From positions 38,403,003-38,467,002 of the forward strand of contig NC_068984.1 in the NCBI RefSeq assembly GCF_001194135.2: 64,000 nt of DNA. Direction: 5' to 3'. The notes below the pieces were generated by a model. The model saw only the letters and a list, made by a program, of their open reading frames with translations, did no database searches and was not told the origin of the DNA. Within the stretch, counting starts at the first letter, position 1. Every line of letters begins with the position of its first letter. This document shows positions 37,648-51,159 of the stretch, one piece after another. A program made the position numbers and the translations under genes. This DNA comes from Octopus bimaculoides (Eukaryota).

Positions 37648-38745
37648 AACCAAGGTTCCACAGTTCCAGTTGTAGCCACTTTACTTAGCTAATACTTTTA
37701 GGTAAGGCGTGAACATCTTAATTCCCATTTCTTCATCTTCTGAAGTTAATAAAGTGAATTACCAATAGATGAATACTGTTGAACACAGAGCACAGTCAGT
37801 TAGGCAATTAACTAATTATTACACAAGTGTGCAGCTGATAAAATACAACCATCCTGCCACCATCACCACCTATATTTTAAACTGAAGTGGTGTTTAGACT
37901 TATTGAGAGAGACTAAGCCATATTCCCAACACTACTTACATCACAGAGATAACTAAAATAGGTCATTGCTTTATTCTAAAGCAGAAAAAGACAATGCAGA
38001 TAGTTAAGTACTGCAAAAAGTAGAGTGTAAAGTGACTGAGAAAGTAAAAGTAAATTGTATACATCTGGTTGGAAAACTATAGTTAATATGAGTCAATGAG
38101 AGAGCCTCTAAGTGACTGCTTTACCTACTAGAAACAAAACTAAATTTTCCTCAACTAGTAAAGAGAAAAGAAAAAGACAGGAACATGGGATAAATGTGCC
38201 AGGGGATGGGGGCGGAGAGATAAAGAAAGGGTTGGTTGTAGCTGGAATGTCTGATCATAAATGCACTCAATCAGGGCGGATTTTTAACAATAACAAAATC
38301 AAGAAAACGAAATTTTATTTTTTTATATTGAGAAAGATTGATGATATTGGTTAAGTTAATACACTAGTTTTGGAGAGATAAATTTTGTGAATTACCATTA
38401 TTATTAAGGCAGTAAGCTGGCAGAATTGTTAGCACGCTGGGCAAAATGCTTAGCAACATTTCATCCATCATTACGTTCTGAGTTCAAATTCTGCAGAGGT
38501 TTTGTCTTTCATCCTTTCAGGGTCGATAAAATAAGTACCAGTTGAGCACTGGGGTCGATCTAATTGACTTAGTTCCTCTCCCTAAATTCCTGGCTTTGTG
38601 CCAAAATTTGAAGCCATTATTGTAAGATAGTGGTATTTCTGATATTATACCAAGAGATGGTTTGTCAAAAACAGAGACACATTGAATAATGATACAGTAG
38701 GGAGACATGCATCTTTAATCATGCATAACTATCCTTCCCTCATAG

Positions 38746-38753
38746 GCGCGCGC

Positions 38754-38820
<67 letters not shown>
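38746..38820. repeat. (GC)5-(GT)n alternating purine-pyrimidine tract
   Basis: GCGCGCGCGCG followed by uninterrupted TG repeats and TGTATGTGTA; 75 nt alternating. Confidence 0.95.
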
Positions 38821-39771
38821 AATAAATAACATATATATTCAGTACATTTAATATGTAATGTAAATATATCAAGACAAAAAAATTATCAAAATTATAACTA
38901 TCTAGTAATAGCTACATTTTAAATTAACATCAGTCTGTCACTTGAATTTGAAACAATTAAAGCAGCGATTGTCATAAATTAAATTAAATATCAGGCTTGT
39001 ATAATTTTTGTTTATTTTATATATAAACTCTCTGTTACTCACTTTCAGTGCTATATGAACAAATTTAATTGCATTCATTAAATCTAAAAATAGGGAAAAA
39101 TGTAAAATCAATGTGAAATTTATGTATACAGTATATAATTTCATCTTTTATATTTGTTACATATTAAATATGTTCAACAAATATTTATGAAAATAGTAAA
39201 AATTTCACACATTGGAGATAGTGTTTTAAGCTAAATTATAATTAATGATTTTTTCATCAATGTGATGGAAGGTATAGTGTAAGCCAAGCTTCACTGTGGT
39301 GGTCATGATGAAACTGAAAATATCTGAGGTTGTCTCTTGTATGAGACAGAATTAAAAAAGGAAAATAATATATTTATCTTTTACTTGTTTCAGTCATTAG
39401 ACTGCAGCCATGCTGGAGCACTGCCATGAAGAATTTTAGTCGCATGAAACAACCCAAGTACTATTTTTTCTTGTAAGCCTGGTACTTATTCTATCAGTTT
39501 CTTTTCCTGAACTGCTAAATTATGGCAATGTAAACACAACACCTGTTGACAGGAAGGGGCAAGTCAAACACAGACACAAAGACACACACTTGCACATGTA
39601 TATATGTATACAAGGGCAAACAATTCACGAAAAAAATAATTCCTGAAAAATTAATTTGCTAAGATATTATTAATTTTGTTATTATCTAGTATGACTATTT
39701 TAAAAATGATAATAACAGAAATCAATAATATAGGCGATTGCAGCCCCCCCACCCACAAAGCATTAAATAGC

Positions 39772-40204
39772 TGAAGGATTAAAATTAATCAAAGGACATA
39801 CTAAGTATGTCTACCTGCTGGAAATAACAGTCGAAACTTATTTAAATCACCAAAATATTTCAACTCACATGGACTGGTCTCTGCACTGGCAAAAATTGCC
39901 TTAGCCTCTTCGGCATGCGTTACCATGATGGAGACACCGAACCTATCATTTCGAAACAATAGGTTGGGGGTCTCCATCATGGTAATGCGTGCTGAAGAAG
40001 CTAAGGCAATTTTTGTTAGTGTAGAAACTGGTCCATGTGAGTCCAAATACTTAAATGTATGTTAGATTTTATTAACCTGATCTACCTTCAGTTGATTTCT
40101 GTTGTTACCATCAGTGTATTATGGAAATTTAAATAAGAGCTTTGACTGTTATTTCCAGCAGGTAGACATACTTAGTATGTCCTTTGATTAATCTTAATCC
40201 TTCA
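39772..40204. repeat. Nested fold-back (outer about 76-bp and inner 84-bp inverted repeats); MITE-like or hairpin RNA
   Basis: Outer arms 39772-39847 and 40127-40204; inner arms 39863-39946 and 39959-40042 around a 12-nt loop CATTTCGAAACA. Confidence 0.92.
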
Positions 40205-42349
40205 TATGTGTATATATATATACAACAGGCCTCTTTCAGTTTCTGTCTATAAAATCTACTCACAAGGCTTTGGTTGGCCTAAGGCTATAGAAGACACTTG
40301 CCTAAGGTGCTATGCAGTGGAACTGAAACTGGAACCATGTGGTTGAGAAGCTAACTCCTTACCATACAGCCATACCTGCATCTTTTGACTAATATTGTTC
40401 TTTTTCCCTTGCTGAATGTTCATTTCTGGTTAGTTTTTATAAGCCATGCTTTAAATATGCTAAGACCAACTTACTAAAGTTATCTACTAGTCTTGGAGAA
40501 TGCTATTTTAAATGTGAAACTGTGTCATATAGAACAAAATATAAAAATCTGAGACTAGATTGGTCTCTAATTTTATTTTTTTAATTTTCCTCCCAGATAA
40601 TTAGTGAGCAATATGAGAAACTACTGCAGTCATTTTGTTGAATGTCTGGGTAGGGCTCTTAACACTAAATGCTTTGGTTTAATACATTATCAGGAACAGG
40701 CACCAAATCTTCTGAGAACATTCTCAATCTTCATTGTCTACTCAGAAGTTATCACAAAACTACAGAAGTATATCTTGTTATAGAGAATCCTGTAGATGTT
40801 TTACATAAAGGATAATCAAAATTAATGTTTGACTCATTGGCAAGCATGACATATAAATTGTTTACTTTAAACCAAAGAGGATGATAATTATAATAAGCAA
40901 TTATAGTTCTCAAACAATTGAATAAATAACATACAGTTAAAGAAATATAATACCATCCTTAAAGAATTGATAGCTTGGGTATTCTTTCTCAAAGTTTTTT
41001 TTTTTTTTTTAACTGGTTTCAGTCTCTTCATAGTAGTGATGCTAGGGTAAGATATACTAAAGCAGATCAAGTTAACATATGGCAACTATAACTTCAGGCA
41101 CAAACAATCTCTCAACCATCAGTGAAACTTCATTCACGAATATCACATTACAAAGATATTTTCTTTCAGAAATGGAAAAGAACATTAACAGAAAGAAAAA
41201 GAAGAAGAAAAAAAATTTCCCATTTAAGTCTAATTAATGCTTAACATGTTTATTTGGTAAACCAGAGATATGTAGTTCAATTCCTGTCCATAAGTCAATT
41301 CCTTTTGATTTGTTTATATATGGATGTCATTTAATATCATTTATATTAAAAAAAAAAAAAACTTACTTATAGTCTCTAGATTTAATTCTCATCTATACTT
41401 CAAATCAAGATGAGCTGTTAGACATTAGTGGGTAAAACAAGAGCTTAGTACATCATCATCATTGTTTAACGTCCGCTTTCCATGCTAGCATGGGTTGGAC
41501 GATTTGACTGAGGACTGGTGAACCAGATGGCTACACCAGGCTCCAATCTGATTTGGCAGAGTTTCTACAGCTGGATGCCCTTCCTAACGCCAACCGCTCA
41601 GAGAGTGTAGTGGGTGCTTTTATGTGCCACTGGCACGAAGGCCAGTCAGGCAGTACTGGCAACGGCCACGCTCAGAATGGTGTATTTTACGTGCCACCCG
41701 CACAGGAGCCAGTCCAGCGGCACTGGCAACGATCCAGTAGATAAATATTTGTAGTATTATTATTTAACAGTGAAAAGGAAAGAACTTAGCACATAAGTGA
41801 TACTGAGTTCAATTCCTGTCAGAGAACTTGGGAAATTTTACTCTAAAATTGTTTGCATAAATATGAGCTAATTGAATTTTTTAAAGACAGCATATTACAC
41901 CAATGAAAGAACTATTTTCACAAGCTTCAAAAAGAATAAAGGTGTTATTAGACAACAAGAAAACCTTTATGTATTTGCTGTTAAAAATAACATCTGAATC
42001 TCCTCAAAATTCACATTTTAATGATTTAGAAAAATATGAAGGACATATTAGCAAGGTTTATCCTAAATACCCTGAGTAAAAGATAGATATTTTCATGACT
42101 GGGAGTGTCAGACCATAAACATGTTGGTCAGAGTCATATTTCTGGGATTAATGAACCTAGCTCAAAATAAACACCATTTCATAGTTTGAATATATACTAT
42201 GAGGAAGAGCTCAGTCCTTAGTTTTAGATAGCTCACTACCTAGCCATAAATAAGCAACTTTCATGAAAGTATTTTAAAAATTCCATTGTGTTCAATTTTT
42301 CCATTGAAGTGTGCGGAATGGCAGACAAGCAATAGACTGGGCATTTTCT

Positions 42350-43257
42350 CTGAGAAGGAAAATATCTTTAGAGCTCTTACCCCTGCTGGCGACAAAGGGA
42401 CTCTCACTCAGAGTAAAAGGCAGACTGTATGACGCATGCGTACGAACAACCATGCTACATGGCAGTGAAACATGGGCTGTAACTGCTGAGGACATACGTA
42501 AGCTCGCAAGGAATGAAGCCAGTATGCTCCGTTGGATGTGTAATGTCAATGTGAATACCCGTCAGAGTGTAAGTATCTTGAGAGAAAAGCTGAACATTAG
42601 AANNNNNNNNNNNNNNNNNNNNNNNNNNNNNNNNNNNNNNNNNNNNNNNNNNNNNNNNNNNNNNNNNNNNNNNNNNNNNNNNNNNNNNNNNNNNNNNNNN
42701 NNNNNNNNNNNNNNNNNNNNNNNNNNNNNNNNNNNNNNNNNNNNNNNNNNNNNNNNNNNNNNNNNNNNNNNNNNNNNNNNNNNNNNNNNNNNNNNNNNNN
42801 NNNNNNNNNNNNNNNNNNNNNNNNNNNNNNNNNNNNNNNNNNNNNNNNNNNNNNNNNNNNNNNNNNNNNNNNNNNNNNNNNNNNNNNNNNNNNNNNNNNN
42901 NNNNNNNNNNNNNNNNNNNNNNNNNNNNNNNNNNNNNNNNNNNNNNNNNNNNNNNNNNNNNNNNNNNNNNNNNNNNNNNNNNNNNNNNNNNNNNNNNNNN
43001 NGCCCCTGGACTGGCTTGTGCGGGTGGCACATAAAAGACACCATTTCGAGCGTGGCCGTTTTCGTGCGGGTGACACGTAAAAGCACCCACTACACTCTCT
43101 GAGTGGTTGGCGTTAGGAAGGGCATCCAGCTGTAGAAACTCTGCCAAATCAGACTGGAGCCTGGTGTTGCCATCCGGTTTCACCAGTCCTCAGTCAAATC
43201 GTCCAACCCATGCTAGCATGGAAAGCGGACGTTAAACGATGATGATGATGATGATGT
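42350..43257 (+). mobile_element. 5'-truncated young RTE-clade LINE (RT C-terminus, gap, 3' UTR, (GAT)n tail)
   Basis: ELLPLLATKGLSLRVKGRLYDACVRTTMLHGSETWAV...RNEASMLRWMCNV...LREKLNIR in frame without stops up to the N gap 42603-43001; CpG-intact 3' UTR; tail at about 43238-43256. Confidence 0.93.
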
Positions 43258-43924
43258 AAACTGGGATAACTCTAGTTATAATTCACTCATTAAATGTTTT
43301 TTTACAGTGGGAGAACTTACTGAAATTCAGTTTAACTGCTCCTCCATATTCACACAACATAGATTCTTCTCTACATATCATCCCTGCCACCTAATATTCT
43401 GCCTTAAGAAAGTGTTTATACAGAAAATATATAATTGAACAAAGAGAAATCTAGGATTTAAAATGATCTAATTTAGTTTCAATAAGTTAAATGTGTAGGC
43501 ACAGCTGTGTGGTAAGAAACTTGCATCCCAACAACATGGTTCTGGGTTCAGTTCTACTGTGTGACACTTTGGGTAAGTGTCTTCTACTATAACCTCGGAC
43601 TGACCAAAGCCTTGTGAATGGATTTGGTGGATAGAAACTGAAAGAAACTCATTGTACATACATACATGTGTGTCCCCCACCACCACTTGACAACTGGTGT
43701 TGGTGTGTTTACATCCCTAGAATGTTTGGCAAAAGAGACTGATAATAAATAATAGTCTTGAGGTCAATTTGGTGCTCCAGCATGGCTGCAGTCAAATGCC
43801 AAACAAGTAAAAAGATATATTAGAGAAACAAGAAATGGACTAAACACCTTTTAATATTTTGTTCCTCTACAATCTGTGTTCAAATCTCATCATAGTTAAC
43901 CATCTTTCATTCCTCTACATTTGA

Positions 43925-44139
43925 AAGGCAGCGAGCTGGCAGAAATGTTAGCACATCAAACGAAATGCTTAGCAGTATTTCATCTGTCTTTACGCTCTGA
44001 ATTCAAATTCTGCTAAGGTGGACTTGCCTTTCATTCTTTTGGGGTCGATAAATCAAGTATCAATTGCGTACTGGGGTCGATCTAATCGACTAGCCCCCCC
44101 ATCCCCAAAATTTCCGGCTTTGTGCCTAGAGTAGAAAAT
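43925..44139 (+). mobile_element. Head-type-B SINE with a perfect 16-bp target-site duplication
   Basis: ATTCCTCTACATTTGA at 43909-43924 and again at 44140-44155, flanking a full-length SINE. Confidence 0.95.
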
Positions 44140-46169
44140 ATTCCTCTACATTTGATAAAATATGCAACAGTCACATGTCTGGATTTATGCAATCAACTCT
44201 TACTCATCTACAAACTTAAGCCCTAGTGCTAATGTGAGTTATTTATAGTCAGAGGAAAAGTTTTCAAAGCAGTTAGTACATGAAGATAAATTTGTATTGT
44301 TTACATAAAGAGATTCTGAATAATCAAATCTTTCAATCAATCAATAATGAATCAAATGCGCAGTAGCATATGTATTTGAAAGTAGGGATATTAATAGTTA
44401 GTATAGTATCCAGTGAACCATATACCTTGCTATTTATAATTTGAGTTATATCTAAATAAGTACAGTATATAAATAAATGTAATACAACTGTTATAGTGAC
44501 ACAATTAACTGGCATGTTGAAATTTGTGTCAAATATATGCAAAACAATGCTTTAAATGTTAATTCACACACATTTAATATTTGTGTTCAAAATACATTTA
44601 CAGTATATGTTTGAGAATATATGTTTATTCTTTTTTAGCATTTGCACAATAGAAATGTGAAAAATCATAAGAGAAAGATCAAAAGAATACACATGGCCAG
44701 TGCTATTACTATAAGGTTTGGGGGAAATATTCAAGTGTAATGTCAATATGAACTAGTGACAAAAATGTCAAATGTTGGAGGAGAAATAAATCAATTTAGT
44801 TAGCAGAAATATTGATTATTTCTAAGGTTATTTCTAGATAAGTTAAAGTGTACTCAATCATTAATATTTCTCACATCCCTTTAGGGTTTTTTTTTTTTTG
44901 TTTCTTTTGAAAATAGATTTGTGAAATTGCCACATTTAGATAACATTTACTCCAGCCTTACATAAATCGCTCAGTCTGCTGAAATTAGCAGCCAAATTCT
45001 TTTCTGATTACATCACAACATTCTAAAAAAAGGAGGACATATAGTTAATGTAGTTGCAGATATTCCCTAGAAAAAGATGGAATGCATTTGATCATTGGCT
45101 TGCTCAGTTAGGGCTGAACTAGGGCTAAATAATAGCAACAACATTTTCAGTACTATTTTGGCTGAACACTAAACATCAGAACTATCTTTGAACAGCCTAC
45201 TCCAATTATGAAATTATGGTTAAAAATGACAAAACATTTGCTGCATTAAAAGTTTTCAGCCTTTAATTATCATGAACAATTCTTCAGTAGTGATACTACC
45301 TGTAATCATTTCAAATTTTGGCACATGACAAACAATTTTGGGAGAAGGAGGTTAGTCAATTACATCAACCCCCAATACTTAAATGGTACTTGTCCCACTT
45401 GCTAACAACTCTGCCAGTTCACAACTTTAATGTGCCATCTGTAATGAAGCATGCATTTAACACACATTTTGTTTTGTTTTTTTCACTTTTATAGAGAAAT
45501 AATCCACTTGTTATCAGTATAACTATATTTGTCTACCAACCACAAACAATCTAATCATCAACATTTATTACTGATTATTAAAAGATAGGAATTTATCAAG
45601 TATATCTAATGGATGATTAAATTCATCCTGGGTTCGCTGTTATACACAACCAGGGTACTCAGATTGATTTGTCTGATTTGAGTAATTAATGTTCTCAAAA
45701 TATTTCATGTAAGCTGATCTGAGATGTTGCCACACCTACCATAGATACACAGATTAACACAGTGTTGTTGGTCAGTTTCTGTTATTTTACATTACCAAAC
45801 AAAAACCTTCTTTTGATTGTTATTGCAGAAGAAAACACATTATATCCACATCAGTCAACACTGAATTTTAAGATTCCAAGTTTTTTTTTGAAGGTTTTAA
45901 ATTAACCCTTAACATTTCCCAAATTGATTTTGTAATAGGAACCAGATGTAAAAATTCCTTAGGGTTTTCACTTTAATCATTCAGGATACAAGAGATAAGT
46001 ATAGTAGAATCCAGGAGATGAATTAACACCTGCTTTTCAACTCCTTATTTCCCACAAAATGTACTCTTGATGTCACCTCTGAATTTTTTGCACCCATTCC
46101 TTAGCATATTGTGTATTGATCAGAAATTGATTTGATATCAGAAATTCAAAGAAAGGTACAATGGAATAG

Positions 46170-46760
46170 TAGAGATGGCAAGAAACCTGATAATTTTAAA
46201 AAATCTTTTGAGAAAGAAAATGGGATCCAAGACATCAGTAATAGATTCTGGAAGCATTATAGATTTAGGTGATGGTAAATGGTTACAGTATAGAACTTCG
46301 AAGAACTCAGAGTGTCCAGTTACAATAAGACAGCATGTATCAGTGAGAGTCTACCATCTTCAGAAGAGAGAGTACTGCATCAATGCCAAGATACAACTCT
46401 GACTGATGCTGCAAAGGTTCATTAGCTATGACTTTCAGAATTCACTTAAGGCATAGCAGAATATAAATATGCCATATTTTCAGTACCAAGATCATATGTT
46501 TGAAGTCCTTAACTCTAGAGCAATCAGAAGCAAAAGGTATGTGGAATAAGTGGTGAACAACATTCAAGATGCAAAATGTTCATCATCCAGTGCTTTTCAC
46601 TCAAGAGGACAGCTGTAAAATGGCCTGAAGTTATGAATCATTTGAGGTGATAATTACTGTCTCTTTCACCAAGATATGCTGTATCTCAGCACATGACTTT
46701 GCATAAAAAGAAACAAGAAAGCCATGAAGTTCATGCAGATTGATGGAAAAAGTCAGTTCT
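46170..46760 (+). mobile_element. Possible second hAT (Buster/ZBED5-like) transposase relic
   Basis: Purine-rich decayed frames with DHMFEVLNS (cf. EDIFxxLNxY), IQDAK (cf. TDGAK) and YCLFHQDML (cf. HCxLHRExL). Many stops. Confidence 0.35.
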
Positions 46761-46967
46761 TGAGTTTGGTTGTTTCCTTGAAGTATTTTGTTATTGAAAC
46801 AGATTTGTATTGAGCAACAAAACGTCTACACTTCACTAATAACTTGCTTGTCCACTAGATATAGTGAAAGGTTTGAAAGAGGAGAAATTTGTTTGATAAC
46901 CCAAAAAGTTCAACACCTACTCTATGCAATTCTAAAAAGATCTTGATTGTCAAACAGAAAGAGAAAC

Positions 46968-47006
46968 TTCAATGAGAAAGAAAGAAAGAAAGAAAGAGAG
47001 AGATAG

Positions 47007-47068
<62 letters not shown>

Positions 47069-47082
47069 AGAAAGAGAGAGAA
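46968..47082. repeat. Compound microsatellite (GAAA)n(GA)n(GATA)n(GA)n
   Basis: Directly visible. Other simple repeats include (TA)n/(CA)n next to most N gaps, (GA)n at 7556-7580 and (GGT)n-rich sequence at 52340-52400. Confidence 0.95.
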
Positions 47083-50000
47083 AGAATCTACACATCACTC
47101 TTAAGCTTTGAATTCACACAATCAGAGATAGATACAGAAGAAAAGAAACTGTTGCATCTGAACTGAATATACTATGCCCACCTCTGCTTTGACCAGTGTA
47201 AGAATCTACAATTGTACTGGAACAGAATGACTAGTGCAATAAAATATGCTCAGACTGGATATTACAGAAGATAAAAGTTAAACTGCACCTAAACAGTATA
47301 CCACAGAGCATCTGAGCCAATGAAGGAAGCTTCTACACGGACCTTTTAGAAATAGTAACCAAATCTTCCTTAAATCCCATCTTATCATCCAGTAAGAGTT
47401 CAGTGTGATCATCAACAGGGAAGCATGATTTTTTGAAGAACTGGATTTGCAAATAGCACTTTGTGATTTGACCTGTGAATGAAAGATCTGCTCAGTGCTG
47501 CACAATAGCAGCAGCAGCCATATATCAGCCAAAGTAGTGTATACATTCTCCATTGTTGCTCAACCTTTGACCCAATGATAAACATGTTATGGAAACAGTT
47601 TCTCTCTACACGAACTGAACTGTAAACCTATCAATTAATGCTGGTTAATCAACATTCCTATCACTACTTTATACTTGTTCAATTTATCACACACCGGCAA
47701 AATAACTGAAACATTACATAGTATGACAGTGATAATAGGAGTCCATAGCTCAAACAGTTAATTACTAGTTGCATACACAAATAGATGGTCTGCACTAGAG
47801 ACCATCAAGCTATCAAGAATTTCATTAACTTTAGGCACTATGATAGGCTTCATGAAATGTTCTGTTACTGCCAAGATTAATAACCTATCAGTAACCAAGA
47901 TTTACAACCAATCTTTATAGAACTTAAAAATCTGTAGTTGGACTACTTGAAATATTTAAATTTATTACTACATATGATATTGTTCTTTCTTCAAATAAGG
48001 AATATTAACTCAGTACAATTTTGAGTTAAAAATTTCAGTACAAAATGAATCTGTCGTGATTGGTTTTACCCTTACTTTGCAACATTTATAATTTTTACAG
48101 GTCATTAAGTGTCTACCAACTCCTGAGCAGTACTATATCCTGGACATCTCACATGTAGATATCACAGCAACTCTTTATAAATTTTCCATCACAAGTTTTG
48201 TTTCACGGCATCTGTTCAACGAATACATTAAAATGGATGTCAAATGACAAGTTAACTTAGCAGCAAATGGCTACACTTTTGTATGCTTTACAATTGTTTT
48301 AATAACTTAATTTGGAATTTCAATTCAGGCAATAGACTAATTTAATTTTATACTTTTTTAATAGAAACATGGACAGAACTGATTTTGCAATTTGAACAAA
48401 TCCAATCTAATGGAATATATTTTTTTTATAGCTGGATGCCCTTCCTACCAACTGCCCAGCTGTGGAGAAGCATAATCTGAAGCTAACTAGGTAAACTGAA
48501 GCAAACAGAGCAATAGGTCTTGCCTACAGAAACAATTTGGTTGTAGTAAGCATTCAAATATGGTCAGCAATTCACTCCTTAGTCAGTTAGGTTGATAAAA
48601 TAAGCTGGAGGTTCCAAACTACAATCTTTTTGCTATGTTGAGTATGTAAATTACTCTAAGTGCTCTGCTCAAGTAGCTGCTTTGTGTGGTTACCATAAGA
48701 CTATACAAATAATGCTAAGTGAGTAGTTCCATAAAATGACAAATAACTTTAAAGCTATAACACTTACATTGAGGCTACATACGATGTCTAGTAATGCTAA
48801 AAAGGGAAGATAAAGTATTTAGAATAGTGGAACATTTAGCTGCTTCTAGCTAGAATGTCTGTGGGAGAAAAGTATGTTATGTAATGAATTGGGCATGCTG
48901 TGCTCATTGACAAATGAAAAAGAAATATGATGGTATAAACAGTTACTAAATGAAAGCTATAAATGGGAAAAGGAGTCTGCTATTAACTGAAAATAAGGCT
49001 CTAAGTATACAAATCAGAGCAGAATTACTGCACAGAGCAATTAAAGAGATGAAACTCTAGTTCCATAGGTGTAGTGGGAGGGTAATTTTAGAACCTATAG
49101 AAGTAGAACTAATTGTGTAATAATGGTTTCTTATATTTGTAAATGAGGAGGTTATAATTTCTGTTGACCAATACTGCATAGTTTCCAATTTCATAATGTT
49201 AACCAGATAAAAGATGCCAATCTATGGCAGAAAATATTCCTGAAAGAGATGTTTTTAGATAAAATGGGGCACATAAAAGTAAGGGCCATACATAGATATG
49301 CAATGAAATGTGCCATCTACAGGAATTCATAAGCAGTATTTATAAATAACCAGCATTGGTTATTTTATTCATAATCAATATTGTATCATTCGGTCATATG
49401 CCAGTTATATACAATTTTTCTTATATTCAAATAGCACATCATTATCATTGTTGTCTTAATATCCACTTTTCCATTCTTACATAGTTAACATAGTTAAACA
49501 GAATTCGTTTCTACAGCTTGACGCCTTTGCTATTACCAACTCTGAATCGTTTCCAAGTTAGGTAATATTTCTCCATGGTTGCATGTGTTTTCACGGAAGA
49601 CTGGTTGTGAACAGCATTGCTTGTATGATGGTGATGTTCATTTATAGCTATCACATAATGTCAAAACAAGGAGATATAAACACATACATGCATACAAACA
49701 TATATACACATACAACAATGTTCTTTCAGCATCTATTGAGCAAAACCACCCACAAGGATTTTGTTGTCTTGGGTTATAGTGGAAGACACTTGTCGATGAT
49801 GCTGTACAGTTGCACTGAACCTCCAAACCAAGTGAATGGACAGTGAACTTTTTAAGCACACAGTTATGTCTGCCTAGCTACTATTAAAAAAGAAGAAACA
49901 ATGAAGGAATTTATAACTTTGACAAGTAGCTATGGAAAGTTTGTTAGAACTATATGGAAATGGAAAAAATCAGAGTAAGGAATTATAATAATAGCTAGTA

Positions 50001-50351
50001 ACAGAATTCAAGTTGAATTCAGCATCAAAGCTAGAAACTATTCACTTAAGTCTCTTCAGTGAATTCACTAAATGAGAAAGCTTGGAAGTTAATAAAGAAC
50101 ATTTAGCCTAGTGTATTGCAAGTCTCAAACCTTATATTGCATAAAAGCTATCTATAGACAAGCTAGTAATAAGGACAAGACAAAAAAATGCTACTATGCA
50201 TAATGAAAGCCATTGTTCATGTTTAAATAAACCACTCAAATTATGAAACAAAAGCAAGTATTGATATAAAAAAAGAAGCAAAATATTATATTATGCCACA
50301 ACATATTTTATAATAGACAGGTTCAGATATATATATGGCAAAAGAAAGACG

Positions 50352-50402
<51 letters not shown>

Positions 50403-50459
50403 TGTATATACAGGAATATACACACATACATATACACATATATACGTATATACACATAT

Positions 50460-50753
50460 ACACTCTCTTCTTCATCACACTGTCATTTCCCCTTTCTCTA
50501 TTGCTTCTCTCTAAATATGTAAATACACTTTCTCCCTCTCTTTACTTCACTCCATCGTCCCATAATTCTTCTCTCAGACCCTTAATCTCTCTTCTGTTAT
50601 CTCTCTCTCTATTTCCTCTCAATAAATACACACACACACTCTCTCTCCTTTACCTTTCTCCATTGCACCATCCTTCTCTCAGCTCCTGAACCCCCCTAAA
50701 TATAGTATACATATGTGTGTGTGTGTGTGCGCATACATATATGTACGTGTATA

Positions 50754-50799
<46 letters not shown>

Positions 50800-51110
50800 T
50801 ATAGACATAGACACATTCTTTCTCCCTTCTCTACTTTTTCACTTCTCTCTAACACACAGTCTTTCTTCTCTCAGACCCTCAACCTCTATTATAAATACAT
50901 ACCCCCTCTCTCTTTTTGTCTCTCCACTTCTCTCCATCACGCCTCTTTCTCTGTCACACCATCTTCCTTCTCTCAACCTCTCAATCTTCCTAAATATATA
51001 GACACAAACACTCTCTCTCTCTNNNNNNNNNNCTCTCTGCGGCTCAATCCCTCTAAATATACAGACACACTTTCTTTCTCTATTTCTTCACTACCCTCCA
51101 TCACACCGTT
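50460..51110 (+). repeat. Degenerate CT-rich minisatellite (about 65-70-bp unit) interrupted by (TA)/(GT) microsatellite
   Basis: Recurrent TAAATA(C/T)A..ACAC(A)CTYTC...TCCATC.C.CCAT..TTCTCTCAG.CC.T.AA blocks at about 50513, 50613, 50698, 50893, 50991, 51054. Confidence 0.6.
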
Positions 51111-51159
51111 AAATTTTTGAAAATAAATAGATAAATAAATAAATAAAATATCCAGAAAA

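Noticed and set aside
47278-47553. 91-aa minus-strand ORF with a possible acceptor (TTTCATTCACAG)
   Set aside because: No recognisable homology, no matching donor or partner exon identified.
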